From the human T2T-CHM13v2.0 reference genome, Homo sapiens, in the NCBI RefSeq assembly GCF_009914755.1, contig NC_060927.1: DNA of 64,000 nucleotides; one strand, given 5' to 3'. The notes under the pieces are model-generated. The model searched no databases and had not been told where the DNA came from. It saw only the letters and a program-made list of their open reading frames with translations. Both the position numbers and the translations under genes were made by a program. Shown here piece after piece: positions 14,250-29,082 of the stretch (its first letter is position 1; every line of letters begins with the position of its first letter).

Positions 14250-14558
14250 CAGTTGTCCTTTGATATCTGTTTGGGACTGGTTTCAGAAATCCCCTGTGCA
14301 TAGCAAAATTTGAGGTTGCTCAACTCTCTCATACGAAATGGTGTAGTATTTGCATATCACCTATGTACAACCTTCTGCACACTTTAAATCATCTCTAGAT
14401 TACTTATAGTATCTATACAATATAAATGCAAATGTAAATAGTTGTTATACTGTTTTTAATGTTGTATTCCTATTTTTATTTAAAAAAATATTTTTATCTG
14501 CAGGATCCGCAGATGCAGAACCTGAGGATACAAAACCATGAGTATAAAGGGACAACTG
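14250..14558. mobile_element. MER2 (TcMar-Tigger non-autonomous element)
   Basis: Terminal inverted repeats CAGTTGTCCTTTGATA / TATAAAGGGACAACTG followed by TA; internal GGTGTAGTATTTGCATATCACCTA. Confidence 0.85.
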
Positions 14559-16409
14559 TAGTAGCAAACTCCAATTTGCAAACAATCATTTTACCAAGTT
14601 TGATCCTAGGGCTAGTCTAAGCTTACCAATGTGTTAGGGACCATCTAATAATTTAGAAAGAAAAAAGTGTGTGTGTGCGTGTGTGTGTGCATGTATCACC
14701 ATCAAGTAGACCAAAATGTTAAATAACCGCAAAACAATAGGGTCACAGAATCATGAATTACATCTCTTTGATGCATAAAAGTGCCAAAATAATCTCAATA
14801 CTCAGGAAGACTCACTGTATATTAACCAATATTGTGTGCCCACCCTGCTGGACACTGCCCTAGCCCCTAACGTACAAAGATGAATCAAACATAGTTCATC
14901 TCTCCAGCTCACTAGTGCCGTGATTCTTAAACAGTACAGGCTTCCAGAGCCCTTTGAGAGTCTGATGAAACTTAAAAGGTTTTACCTCGAAAAAATGCAA
15001 CAACACTTGATTTTGAATATGGTTTCAGGGGACTGGTGGAGACTTCACTTAAGAATCTCTCATCAAGAACAGGCACAGAGTACGAATTGAGGAGGCTCTG
15101 AATTCCGGAAGGTTGGTGGTGTTCCCTTCCCACAGATGTTTCAAAATAAAATTTAACTGTTTTAAAGACATAAAAATGAAGTGTTCTACATTAAAATTGC
15201 ATCTTTCGAGGTCTTCTAATTGCACATTTCTGCTTTTGTTTGTTTGTTTTTTGTGTTGATGGTTTTAGTAGTTTGTTTTGTTTAACGCCTCTGCTTTGCC
15301 AGAGCCCAAAGTGTGTATTTAATTTTCCTGTGGATAATTTAGCAATAAGCTGGAGGGAAGCATTGGTCTTCACACATATTTATTACATTACAATATAGGA
15401 TGCTACAAGCTCTCAGAACGATCTGGGAGTACAGAGCAGAGGGCATGGGAAGAAAGTTTCATCTCAACACAGTTATCCAAATATAAGTTCTGAGCTCAAA
15501 TGGAATGTTCTATTAGTGGTGCTAAGGGAAGGAAATGACTCTCAGTTAACAGGCAGTATCCCCAGGGTGCCCTCAACAATCCCTTTGGGCTAACCAGTTA
15601 GAAAGGGCATATGTGAGGCTGGTATGGAGAACAAAAAGGGAAAGGCATTTGGGTAGCATCAGATGTTCTGTCCTGTTTTCCAACAAAAGATACCATTGAA
15701 TGCCTACTAATGGTGAGGATAGGGGCAAGGTAATGTGTGAGCCAACATGAAGCTGTGGGCAAACAGAGGACAGCAATGGGGAAAGATGAATCAAGTGAGA
15801 GAAAAATCCTGCCACACAATAAAGGAATGGAAAGGGAAGTGGATAAGGCAAGGACAGAGAAAGTGGCCACACTTGGAGGACTGTGCTTTGCAATTTACCC
15901 AAATGTTGCTAACAGAACAAAGAGGCTCCCAGAGCAAAGACCCAAGTGACCTGGGTTCCCATTCAAAAAAGATTTCCATTCTTATTGTTCAAGTTATTTA
16001 CCTCATAAGACATTTGTTTTTAACTCTCTCACACACACTGACCCATGTCTTCTCAATCACCATCTGCTTTCACCCAAACATCCAGAGAAGAGTTGACTGT
16101 TTATTTATACTCTGCCTGTTTCCAAAATGGATTTAAGGCAGTGGAGCCAAGAGGTAAGTCAAATTTCAATGTTAAAAATTCATCACTCTAAGATTTTTTC
16201 GTATCTTTAGCTAGACAATACCCTATCATTAGAATGTTATGTTAGGGCTTCCAACACTGTTTATATTCAGGTGCTTCTTTCTGCTTATGTAATAGAGAAA
16301 AGAGATCTCTTGTCCTCAACTCTATGCCAGTTGCTTTTAAATATTTCAAGGCAGGGTATCAGGAACCATATTTTCAGATGGAGAGTCAGCATGCATGTGA
16401 AGTTCATGG

Positions 16410-16670
16410 TGATAATAACTACCATTTCAAGTGTACCTGCCATTTTAACATAGAACCATATTGAGTTCTCACAACAATCTTTTAAGGAATTTATTGCTAA
16501 AATGTCTTCATTTTATTTTATTTTATTTTATTTTATTTTATTTAGTTCACATTCTATAGATGAGGAAACTGAGGACCAAAAAGGGATTTATTGACTTGCC
16601 TGAGGCACATTGCTAATAGGTAACAGGTTCCAAAGGCAGGCCTCGCTGAATTCAAAGCCCTGTGTTTTGC
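16410..16670 (-). mobile_element. MIR SINE containing a (TTTTA)n expansion
   Basis: Core CATTCTATAGATGAGGAAACTGAGG; (TTTTA)n at ~16511-16543. Confidence 0.8.
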
Positions 16671-18489
16671 TTGAGAGTGCTTTTCCTTTCTGAAAATAGG
16701 GAGATGTTGGCAAAGGTGTGAAGCATCAGAGGTAGCTCTCAGTACCTGTGGCCCTAATGCAGAAATGGATACTTGCACAGAGCATTTCTTCTGAAACACA
16801 CCTTTGCTATTAATCCACCCCAAGGGTTTTATTCACTCTGTCCACCTAAATGAACAAGGTTTGCTTTAGCATCACTTATGCAATGTAAACAGCATCTTTC
16901 CCCATGGGAATCTTTTTCCCGTTTGAGACTGTTGGTTCAGGCCTGGATTTGTGCATGTTTTGCCTGGCAGATCATTGCCATGAACAATTTAAGTGACTGT
17001 TCAACAGAAAGGTAAACACACTGTTTTCAAACACCAGTGTTTTCACATACCATTGCAGAAGTAAGATTATTAAATTAAGACCCTCAGCTGCAAATTTTGT
17101 TTTTTATACAGTACTTTAACTTTTTTAGGGGGTAGAAGAAGTCTGGATGTAATTCAAAGGGAAATAGGGATTTAGTAGGATCCAATCAGGAGTTAATTAG
17201 CCCTTTATATGCCAGGAGCCTATGAGTATTCTTCAACTAATCCTTGGTTCTGTAACTTGTGCCTAGAGGAATTTTGAGTCCAGGGTAAAAGTCAGAGATG
17301 CCACCAAGATTCTGGGATGAGTACTCAGAACTGCGTTAGCAAATCAGCTCTTTTGTGGAATGTTCCCCTGTTTCCACATGAATTGACATGGCTTTGTATT
17401 TCACCAGCCATTCTCTTCTAAGTTAGTGACTGAGCAATGGTTCTCAAACTGTTTCTAAAAAATGAAAGAGGGACTTCCACTCCCCTCACCAATGCCTGAT
17501 ATGAATCTTTTGCTCATTATCCATTTAAGAACATCTTTATCTCAATAAAAATAGTGATGTTTTCAACAAAAGATTATTTTTCTTCCCAACCATAACCAAC
17601 ATCAACTCAAAGTCTACTCCCTATGGCTTGTGAGCCTGGATCAAAGATGCTCCTTTCAAAAACCAAAGCCTGTAATACACAGGTTGACAGAGCCGTAAAC
17701 TTGAAGACAGGCAGGGCCGCACACAGAGACAGGCACTCCATAACAGTTTTAATGATAAATACGACTGATTGAGATGGATTGACTGCCAATTTTTGGCCAC
17801 TTTTCATTTGTTTGTGGAAAAATCTTAAAACATAAGTTAATATATATTTCTTACAGAAAATTTAGAAAATGGAGATAAAGAAAAACATGAAAATTCTGTG
17901 TCCTGCTACACAAAGGTAACCACAGTTAATATTTCAGTATAGTATATTACCTTCCAGGCTTTTAAGAGACACATAATGTATATTTTATATGAAAACAGAT
18001 CATGTCATAGGTGATTTTTTTAAAATCCAAGGTTTTTAAAAATCACTTTATAAAATAGCATGAGCATCTTTCTATGCCATTAAAAGTTCTTTTATAACAT
18101 CATTTTTCTGTCTTTATAGTATTCCATTTTGCATAATTATTTATTGTAACAGGAAAATATGAGTGTCTATTCTTTTCATAACCTCAAAGACAGAGTATTA
18201 TCTCTTTTTAACGTTTTTCTAATTAGGCTGACAAAAGAGAAATATGATTTTATTTCTCATGACTTTGATTCTTAGTAAAGTTGATTATTCCTATATGTCT
18301 ATTTGTATTTCCCACTATAATTCTCACATTTGCATTTCTCACTATGTATTGCTTATTTATTTTATTTGCTCACTTTTCAATGGGTTTATGAAAGCCCCTT
18401 TGTAGTAAGACTACTAGTCATTTTTTCTGTCATCTGTATTAAACATTTTCTTCAATTTGTTCTTTGGCTTTTGTTTATTTATTTGTTTG

Positions 18490-19183
18490 TTTTAAACTTT
18501 TTATTTTTGAACAGTTTTATTTATGGGAGAAGTTCAAAAGTAGTACAATGAGCTCCCACATATCCTTTATCTGGATTTCTCTGTTAACTTACATAATCAC
18601 AATGCCATTATCAAAATTAACATTGGTACAATACCATTAACAAAACTATAGACTTTACTTAGATTTCACCAATTTTTTCCACTATATTTTTCTGTTCCAG
18701 GATCCAATCCAGAATACCACGTTGCATTTTGTTGTCATGTTACCTTAGTCTCCTCTAATTTATAACAATTTTAATCTTTCCTTAATTTTCATGACCTTGA
18801 CACTTTTGAAGAGTACTTGTCAAATGTTTTGTAGAATGTCACTCAGTTTGAGTTTCTCCACTGTGAAGTTACCATTTTTCTCTTTCCATATTCAACTGTT
18901 AGAAGAGAGTCCCTAAATCTACTGTACTGGAAGAGGAGGTGAGCTAATCTCCACCTTCTAGAAGGAGGAATATCAAAGAATTTGTGGAGATATGGTAAAA
19001 CTAGCACATTAAGTAATAAACATTAGGGAGTGGAGATAATTTGAGGTTAGGGAAATGTTCGGTTTCTCATTGAAGTTTCACCCACTAATTTTAGCATTCA
19101 GTACTGGATCTTGCTTAGAGAAATTATTACTGTGGAGTTCTAAAGGTAATTTTCTATTTGTCCTCATTGCTTCTACATTTATT
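18490..19183 (-). mobile_element. L1MC-type LINE 3' fragment, interrupted by L1PA and resuming at ~22447-22500
   Basis: TTCTGTTCCAGGATCCAATCCAGAATACCAC...ATGACCTTGACACTTTTGAAGAGTACT; the sequence continues after the L1PA TSD. Confidence 0.7.
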
Positions 19184-22100
19184 TATTTTCATTTAACTTT
19201 TATTGTAAGTTCAGGGGTACATGTGCAGGTTTGTCACATAGGCAAACTTGTGGCATGGGGGTTTGTTGTACAGATTATTTCATCACCTAGGTATTAAGCC
19301 TAGTATCCATTAGTTACTTTTCTTGATCCTCTCCCTCCTCCCAACTGCCACCCTCTGACAGGCCCCAGTGTGTGTTGTTCCCCTTTTTGTGTCCATGTGT
19401 TCTAATCATTTAGCCCTACTTATAAGTGAGAACATGAGGTATTTGGTTTTCTGTCCCCGTGTTAGTTTGCTAAGGATTATGGCCTCCAGCTCCACTCATG
19501 TTCCTGCAAAGGACATGATCTCGTTCTTTTTTTTGTCGCTGCATAGTATTCCACGGTGTTTATGATTTTCTTTATCCAGTCTATCATTGATGGGCACTTA
19601 GGCTGAGTCCATATTTTTGCTATTGTGAATAGTGCTGCAATGAACATATGTGTGCATGTGTCTTTATAACAGAATAATTTATAATCCTTTGGGTATATAT
19701 CCAGTAATGGGATTGCTGGGCTGAATGGTATTTCTGTTTTTAGGTATTTAAGCAATCATCACACTGCCTTCCACAATGTCTACACTAATTTACACTCTCA
19801 TCAACAGTGTATAAGCATTCCTTTTTCTCCACAACCTCATCAGCATGTTATTTTTTGACTTTTTAATAATAGCCATTCTGACTGGTGTGAAGTAATATCC
19901 CATTGCAGTTTTGATTTGCATTTCTCTAATGATCAGTGATGTTGAGCTTTTTTTCATACAATTGTTGGCCACATATACGTCTTCTTTTGAAGTGTCTATT
20001 TATGTCCTTTGCCCACTTTTTTATGGGGTTTATTTTCTTGTAAATTTGTTCAAATTCCTTATAGACTCTGGATATTAGACCTTTGTCAGATGCATAGTTT
20101 GCAAAAATTTTCTCCTATTCCATAAGTTGTCTGTTTATTCTGTTGATAGTTTCTTTTGCTGTGCAGAAGCTCTTTAGTTTAATTAGATCCCATTTGTCAA
20201 TTTTTGCTTTTGGCATCTTCATCATGAACTCTTTGCCTGTGCCTATGTCCTGAATGGTATTGCCTAGGTTGTCTTCCAGGGTTTTGTAGCTTGGAGTTTT
20301 ACATTTAAGTCTTTAATCCATGTTGAGTTAATTTTTGTACATAGTAGAAGGAAGGGGTCCAGTTTCAATCTTCTGCGTATGGCTACTCAACTATCCTAGC
20401 ACCATCTATTGAATAGGGAATCCTTTCCCCATTGCTTGTTTTTGTCAGGTTTGTTGAAGATCAGATAGTTGTAGGCGTGCAGCCTTATTTCTGGGTTCTC
20501 TATTCTGTTCCTTGGTCTATGTGTCTGTTTTTGTATGAGAACCATGCTGTTTTGGTTATTGTAACCCTGTAGCATAGTTTGAAGTTGGGTAACATGATGC
20601 CTCCAGCTTTGTTCTTTTTGCCTAAGATTGCCTTGACTATTTGGGCTCTTTTTTGGTTCCATATGAATTTTAAAATCGTTTTCTCTAGTTTTGTGAAGAA
20701 TGTCAATGTTAGTTTAATAGGAATAGCATTGAATCTATAAACTGCTTTGGGCAGATGGCCATTATAATTATATTGATTCTTCCTATTCATGAACATGGAA
20801 TGGTTTTCCATTTGTGTATGCCATCTCTGATTTCTCTGAGCAGCAGTTTGTAGTTCTTCTTGTAGAGATCTTTTACCTCCCTAGTTAGCTATATTCCTAG
20901 GTATTTTAATCTTCTTATGGCAATTGCAAATGGGAGTTCATTCCTGATTTGGCTCTCAGCTTGACTGTTGTTGGTATATAGGAATGCTAGTGATTTTTGC
21001 ACATTGATTTTGTATCTTGAGACATTGCTGAAGTTGTTTATCAGTTTAAAAAGCTTTTGGGCTGAGACTATGGGGTTTTCTAGGTATACGATCATGTCAT
21101 CTGCAAACAGGGATAGTTGGACTTCTCTCTTCCTATTTGGATGCCTTTTATTCCTTTCTCTTTCCTGATTGCCCTGGCCAGAACTTCCGATACTATGTTA
21201 AATAGGAGTGGTGAGAGAAGGAATCCTTGAATTGTGCTGGTTTTCAAGGGGAATGCTTCCAGCTTTTGCCCATTCAGTATGATGTTGGCTGTGGGTTTGT
21301 CATAGATGATGGCTCTTATTATTTTGAGGTATGTTCCTTTAATACCTAGTTTATTGAGAGTTTTTAACATGAATGGAATTTTATCAAAACCTTTTTCTGC
21401 ATGTATTGAGATAATCATGTGGTTTTTGTCTTTAGTTTTGTTTAAGTGATGAACCACATTTATTGATTTATGTATGTTGAACCAACCTTCCATCCCAGGA
21501 ATGAAGCCTACTTGACCATGGTGGATAGGCTTTTTGATGTGCTGCTGGATTCAGCTTGCCAGCATTTTGTTGAGGATTTTTGCGCCAATGTTCATCAAGG
21601 ATATTGACTCAAAGTTTTCTTTTTATGTTGTATCACTGCCAGGTTTTGGTATGAGGATAATGCTGGCCTTATAGAATGAGTTAGGGAGGAGTCCCTCCTC
21701 CTCAGTGTTTTGGAATAGTTTCTGTAGGAATGGTACCAGCTCTTCTTTGTACATCTTGTGGAATTCAGCTGTGAATCCACCTGGTTCTGGGCTTTTTTTG
21801 GTTGGTATGCCATTTGTTACTGCCTCAATTTCAGAACTCGTTTTTGGTCTGTTTAAGGATTCAGTTTCTTCCTGGTTCAGTGTTGGAAGGATGTATGTGT
21901 CCAGGAATTTATCCATTTCTTCTAGATTTTCTAGTTTATGTGCATAGAGGTGTTCATAATATTCTCTGATGGTTGTTTGTATTTCTGTGGGGTCAGTGGT
22001 AATATCCCCCTTGTCATTTCTGGTTATGTTTATTTGTATCTTATCTTTTTTCTTCTTTATTAGTCTAGCTAGTGGTCTATCTATTATTTTTTTCAAAAAA

Positions 22101-22446
22101 CCAGCTCCTGGATTTGTTGATCTTTTGAATGGTTCTTTGTGTCTCTATCTTCTTCAGTTCAGCTCTGACTTGGGTTATTTCTTGTCTTTTGCTAGCTTTG
22201 GGATTTGTTTGTTCTTCTTCTCTAGTTCTTTTAGTTTGATATTAGGTCGTGAAATTGAGATCTTTCTAACTTTTTGACATGGACATTTAGTGCTATGGAT
22301 TTCCCTCTTAGCACAGCCTTAGCTGTGTCCCAGTGAATTTGGTACATTGTATTTTTGTTTTCATTAGTTTCAAAGAACTTCTTGATTTCTGCCTTAATTT
22401 CATTATTTACCCAAAATTCATTCAGAAGCAGGTTATTTAATTTTCA
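19184..22446 (-). mobile_element. 5'-truncated L1PA (L1PA11-13-like), ~3.3 kb, with disrupted ORF2
   Basis: ORF fragments match L1 ORF2 ([22 protein letters not shown]; [21 protein letters not shown]; [18 protein letters not shown]; HMFIAALFTIAK) with frameshifts and stops. A 13-bp TSD TTCTACATTTATT lies at 19171-19183 and 22447-22459. Confidence 0.95.
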
Positions 22447-22613
22447 TTCTACATTTATTATATGGAATCCTTCTGTAAAGAACATATGTCCCTTCTCTCT
22501 CAAAAATACATTTTACTTCAGTGGCTAAACAATGTCCCCAAAGGCCTAACCTCTTTATCTACTCTGCTTTCTGTGCTGTCACTTTTCCTGTGATGGTACA
22601 AAGGCTCCCATGG

Positions 22614-23130
22614 TATATTAGTTTTCTATTGCTGCTGTGGCAAAGTACTAGAAATTTGGTGGCTTTAAACAACACAACTTTATTATCTTACATTTCTGGA
22701 AATCAAAAGTCTGAAATGTGTCTCACTGGGCTAAAATCAAGGTGTTGGCAGAGCCATGTTCCTTCTGGAGGATTTAGGGTAAAATCCATGACCTTGACTT
22801 TTCCAGCTTCTAGAGGTCACCACATTCCTGGATTCATGGGCTTCATCCTCCATCTTCAACGTCAGCAGTGTCTGGCCAAGACCATCTCATACTGCAATCT
22901 ATCTGGTTCTCCCTCTTCTGCCTCCCTCTTTCACATATAAGGAAGACCTTTGTGATTACATTGGGTTCACAAGGATAATCCAGGATACTCTCTCCATCTC
23001 AAGGTCAGCTGATTAGCAAACTTAGTTACATCTGCAACCTTAATTTCCTTTTCTTGTATGATGTATCATAGTCACAGTTTCAGGAATTAGGATGAAGACA
23101 TCTTTGGGAGACATTATCTGTCTATTACAC
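22614..23130 (-). mobile_element. MLT1C/D-type MaLR solo LTR
   Basis: TATTAGTTTTCTATTGCTGCTGT...CTCACTGGGCTAAAATCAAGGTGTTGGCAG...GACATCTTTGGGAGACATTATCTGTCTA. Confidence 0.85.
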
Positions 23131-26100
23131 AAAGCTATAAACTTTTTCATCTGTGAGCACCGTGAGAAAGAATGAAATAGAGAAAAAGAGAAAGAGAACA
23201 ATTCTATCAGCCTCAATAGGTATAATACAATAGAATTAGTTTGTACATGGGACCCTGATATATAGCTCTGGGCCCTCTTTATTTTGGGGGTCAAAAGAGT
23301 TCAGTTCTGCTGAGACATTATTGAGAATTACCAGATATTCAGGGCCTAGGCTCCTTAGGTACAATTTACCCTGAGCCAAAATATCATTCTTATATTTAAG
23401 GGCTACAGACTTCAATTAATTCAAGGACCAAGGAAATAAACTATCATTCCAAACTGACCATTAAAAACAGATTTTTGAGGGGAGACCTTACTAATTCACA
23501 TAACTATTCTTGATTAAATACAAGATATTCTAAAGTTCTCTTGAACCTAAAGGGAGGCGTTCAGAAACTGGCTTCTCTAGTGTTAGTTACTTTGACCTTG
23601 TTAGAAGCTGTAAACTCTTATTCTCCTTTGTACTAGGAATTTTCCCTATCTTCTCCTTTAGGTTTAGTGAGCAGTGCTAGGTAACAGGGATTTCATTTTT
23701 CTTTTATATTGTGAGTCTCTATTTTTTGTATAAAGGTTCACGTCCTCCATCTTCCTACTACCCCTCCTATTGAGGGCTCTTGTTCTACTCTGCTGCACAT
23801 AGAACTAGAGGAAAACGTTCTGTTACTCCAAAAGACAACACAAAACAAAACAACTGGGCTCACCTTCTCTATTGCTTATAGCTCCCTCGAGTGGTATGAC
23901 TCTTCAGTACGTGGGAAGAACAGGTCTTTGGAACCATCTAGACCTGATTTCAAATTCTGTTTCTGCTTTTTAACAACTATGTGGTTTTTGAAAAGTGAAA
24001 TCTCTTGGAACTCTGTTTTCACCTATTCATAGGTTAGAGTGGTCATTGTCTTTGCCATGAAGGCTAGTTATCCATCATTGTTTTCTATTATTCATCCATT
24101 GAACATCTACTATGTGCTAAGTTCTTGGTATGAAGAGCACAAAGGTAAACATAACCTATATAATAGATTGCCCTCATGTTGCTTCCAATCTAAAGGGGAA
24201 GACATATTAAAAATCTTAGGACAGTGTAATAAGCATTGTGCAATGGTGACTTAAGTAAAGTGCAATAGACAAGAATTTAAGGGAATGTAAATCTCTTTTT
24301 AATTTTGCTAGAGTTTGTTGCAGTTGTAAATGTACATGTTTGCCTCTGCTGGTTGATAAGTTCTTTGACAGCAAGAACTCAGTCCTCTTCATTTGCATAA
24401 ATTTATCCACCACAGAAAGCAAGAACTTAATGGAAATCTGTTAAGTCCAGGTTTTCATGGTGGACACTTCAAATTTTATTGCTAAATGAAATGAACTCAA
24501 TTGATTATCATAAAAGGACTAGACTTCGGGCTGTTTCATGGCAGTCACTGCTTCCCTATTAATCTTGATACCCTTAATATCTTGTCTAGGGTCAGATGCA
24601 TAGCAGCTACACAAAACATTATTGTTGAATAAATGAATGAATAAACTTGGAATCTAAAAGTACCTTTGTCTATCACTAAACTTCTCATTTAAATAAGTGA
24701 AGAAATATTCTTTATGAATATTTGGGCTAACTGAACACTTAAAAGTCATGATAAATATCATCTTATTCTGGTATGTCTTAAATATGCCCCGCATGAATAA
24801 GGTGTGAGATTTACAGTCTAATTTCTCTATGTAAAAGCTTTTTATTTGGCTTCAAAGTCTTCAACTTCCCAGCAAAATTTCATTATGTCCCAGTTGAGTT
24901 CTGTTTAATGGAATTAAATTTCACCCCTTCTAATTATCTTTTGGAACAGACAATCTTTACAGAATAATTAGTAATAGAAGAACATAATGGATCATTGTCT
25001 TTATTACTGCAAAGAAACCCTAGATGCTGCTCTAAATCTTAAAAAAAGATCTCATGAAATATAAAATGTATTGAATTCTTCCTCTTAAATTATATAACAT
25101 TTAAACTTTGTCAACATAGCTTAAAGATTAGGGGAGGTAATTATTTTCTTGCTTCACTTGAAATTATTTTATGAAACCACCTTAATGATCTCATTCAAAT
25201 TAATTATGCTTATATTTTATTTTTAATATTTTTATTGGTAGGACATTTTATTATCCAACACAATTTAACCACATTTTTTTTCACTCATTTTGGACTTTAT
25301 TTTGCTTCCATGGACTTTTTTTTCTTGCCTCTAACCTAAATTCATTAGATTATATATATAGAATACAAAAGAGGGCTAAAAACATAGCTACTCCAATATA
25401 AAAAAAAGATAAGATCTAATTAAAAATAATCTAACTTACCCATTTGAAAAACCAGGGTATCATTGGAAAAATTTCATAAAACATAGTTCAATGAAAAAGA
25501 AATATCCAAACATGGTTCTTTTATTTTAAAAAAATTAAAAAGCAGCAACACACACACAAAAATCTCCTTTTCCTTTCTCCACATTCAAGCAATTAAAACA
25601 CCTTTAAAAAATGGAAGATGAAAAATGTGCTTGAAAAATGAGTAAGGTCCTTCTTGGACTTGTAGTCTTTATAGTTTAATTTGTTGAGAATTTAAAATTA
25701 CAGTAATTGCCCTTAAATAACTGACATTATTTGACACTACAACAACAGAGGAGTGGAAATGACTGACAAACACACAAAAGACTTTTGTTATCTTTGTTTG
25801 TCTGCCTGAATAAATCTTAACAAGTATTTCAAAGATTTAAATTTATAGCATACTTAATCGCCATTAGATGGCCAATCCTATTGGCTTTCAGCTAAGTTTC
25901 ACTGACACTCAACATTTTTCGTATCAACTTCTTTAACACATCTAGTTAGTCTCAACAACTGTTTTTAAACTAAATTATTACCTCTAAATTAAACATTTTG
26001 ATAAAATACAGGCAAACCTTAGAGATATTGCGGATTTGGTTCCAGACCATCACAATAAAGTGAATATCACAATAAATCAAGTCACACAAATTTTGTGGTT

Positions 26101-26954
26101 TCCCAGTAAATGTAAGTTATGTTTACACAATACTGTAGTCTGTTAAGTGTGCAATAGAATTATGTCTTTAAAAAAAGTCAATGTACAGACCTAAATTAAA
26201 AAATACTTTATTGCTAAAAAATGTTAATGATCATTTGGGCCTTCAGTGATAGTGAATCTTTTCACTGGTGGAGATCTTACCTTGATATCAGCTGATGGCT
26301 GCTGACTAATCAGGGTGGTGGCTACTGAAGGCTGGGGTGGCTGCGGCAATTTCTTAAAATAAGACAACAATGAAGTTTGCTAGATTAACTGTCTCTTCCT
26401 TTCACGAAAAATTTCTCTATAGCATGAGATGCTGTTTGATAACATTTTATCCATAACAGAAACTCTTTCAAAATTGGAATCCTTTTAAACCCTGCTGCTG
26501 TCTCATCAACTAGTTTATGTAATATTCTAAATCATTCATTGTCATTTTAACAATGTTCGTAGCATTTTAACCATGAGTAGATTCCATCTCAAGAAACCAT
26601 TTTTTTTGCTCATCTGTAAGAAACAACTCCTTATTCATTAGTTTTATCGTATGCTCACAGCAACAAAATCACATCTTTAGGCTCTATTTCTAATTCTAGT
26701 TTTCTCGCTATTTCTACCACATCTGTGGCTAATTCCTCAACTGAAGTGCTGAGCATCTTGAAGTCACCCACGAAGATGGGAATCAACTTCTTCCAAACTT
26801 CTGTTAGCATTGATATTTTGACCTCCTTCCATGACTCACAAATGTTCTTAATGGCATCTAGAACGGTGAATCCTGTCTAGAAGGTTTTCAATTTGCTTTA
26901 CGCAGATCCATCAGAGGAATCACTAGCTATGGCAGCTATATCCTTTCAAAATTC

Positions 26955-27269
<315 letters not shown>

Positions 27270-28683
27270 CAAAATGTATTTCTTAAAGAATAAGACTTGA
27301 AAGTCAAAATTACTCCTTGATCTGTGTGGCTGCAGAGTGAATGTTGTGTTAGCAGGCATAAAAACAACACTAATCTCCTTGTACATCTCCATCAGAGTTC
27401 TTGGGCGACTAAGTGTCTTGTCAATAAGCAGTAATATTTTGAGAAGAATTTTTTTTTTCTGAATAATCGGCCTCAATAGTGGGCTTAGAACACTCAGTAA
27501 ACCATAAACAGATGTGCTGTCATCCAGGCTCTGTTGCTCCATTTACAGAACCCAGGCAGAGTAGATTTAGCATTGTTTTTAAGGGCCCTGGGATTTTCAG
27601 AATGGTAAATGAGCACTGGCTTTAACTTAAAGTCACCAGCTGCCTTGGCTCCTAATAAGAGCCAGCCTATTACTTTAAAGCTTTTAAGCCAGGCATTGAC
27701 TTCTCCTCTCTAGTTGTGAAAGTCCCAGATGACATCTTCTTCCAATATAAGGCTGTTTCATCTACACTGAAAACCTGTTGTTTAGTGTAGCCACCTTCAT
27801 CAATTATCTTAGCTGGATCTTCTGGATAACTTGCGGCAGCCTCTCCATCAGCACTTGCTGCTTCACCCTGCATTTTTATGGTATAGACATAGCTTTCTTC
27901 CTTAAACCTCATGAACAAACCTCTACATCTTCTTCACCTCTCCCGCTTTCACAGAATTGAAGAGAGTAAGGGCCTTGCACTGGATTAGGCTTTGGCTTAG
28001 GGGAATGTTGTGGCTAGTTTGATCTTCCATTCAGATCACTAAGACTTTCTTCATATCAGCAATAAAGCTGTTTTGCTTTCTTATCATTTGTGTGTGCACT
28101 GGAGTAGTACTTTTAACTTCCTTCAAGGACTTTTCCTTTGCATTCACAGCTTAGTTAACTGATGCAAGGCCTAGCTTTTGGCCTATCTCAGCTTTCAAAC
28201 TGCCTTCCTCACTAAGCTTAATCATTTCCCGCTTGTGATTTAAAGTGAGAGATACGAGACTCTTCCTTTTGCTTGAACACTTCGAGACCACTATAGAGTC
28301 ATTAATGGGCCTCATTTCAATATTGTTGTGTCTCAGGGAATAGGGAGGCCTAGGGAGAGGGAGAGAGATGGGGGAATGGCCAGGCGGTGGAGCAGTCAGA
28401 GCATGCACAACATTCATTGATTAAGTTGGTCATCTATATATGTGTGCAATTCATAGCACCCTGATAGTAACATTTGACCTTACAATAGTAATATCGAGAG
28501 CACTGATCACAGATCACCATCATAGATATAATAATAATGAAAAAGTTTGGAATTTGTGAGAATTGTTCAAATGTGACACAGACATGAAGTCAGCAAGTGC
28601 TGCTGGAAAAATGGTGCCGATAAACTTGCTTGACACAGGGTTGCCACAAACTTTTAATTTGTAAAAAGCATGTCTGCTAAGTG

Positions 28684-29082
28684 CAATAAAGTGAATATCA
28701 CAATAAAGCAAGTCACACAAATTTTGTGGTTTCCCAGTAAATATAAGTTATGTTTACACAATACTGTAGTCTGTTAAGTGTGCAATGGAATTATGTCTTT
28801 AAAAAAAGCCAATGTACATACCTAAATTAAAAAATACTTTATTGCTAAAAAATGTTAATGATCATTTGGGCCTTCAGTGATAGTGAATCTTTTTGCTGGT
28901 GGAGATCTTACCTTGATATCAGCTGATGGCTGCTGACTAATCAGGGTGGTGGCTACCGAAGGCTGGGGTGGCTGTTGCGATTTCTTAAAACAAGACAACA
29001 ATGAAGTTTGCTAGATTAACTGTCTCTTCCTTTCACGAAAAATTTCTCTATAGCATGGGATGCTGTTTGATAACATTTTATC
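28684..29082 (+). repeat. 399-bp direct copy of 26053-26451
   Basis: Colinear without gaps; about 13 mismatches by manual count. Confidence 0.95.

Noticed and set aside
19477-22096. Reverse-transcriptase-like ORFs
   Set aside because: They are broken fragments of L1 ORF2 in a 5'-truncated element with many frameshifts and stops.
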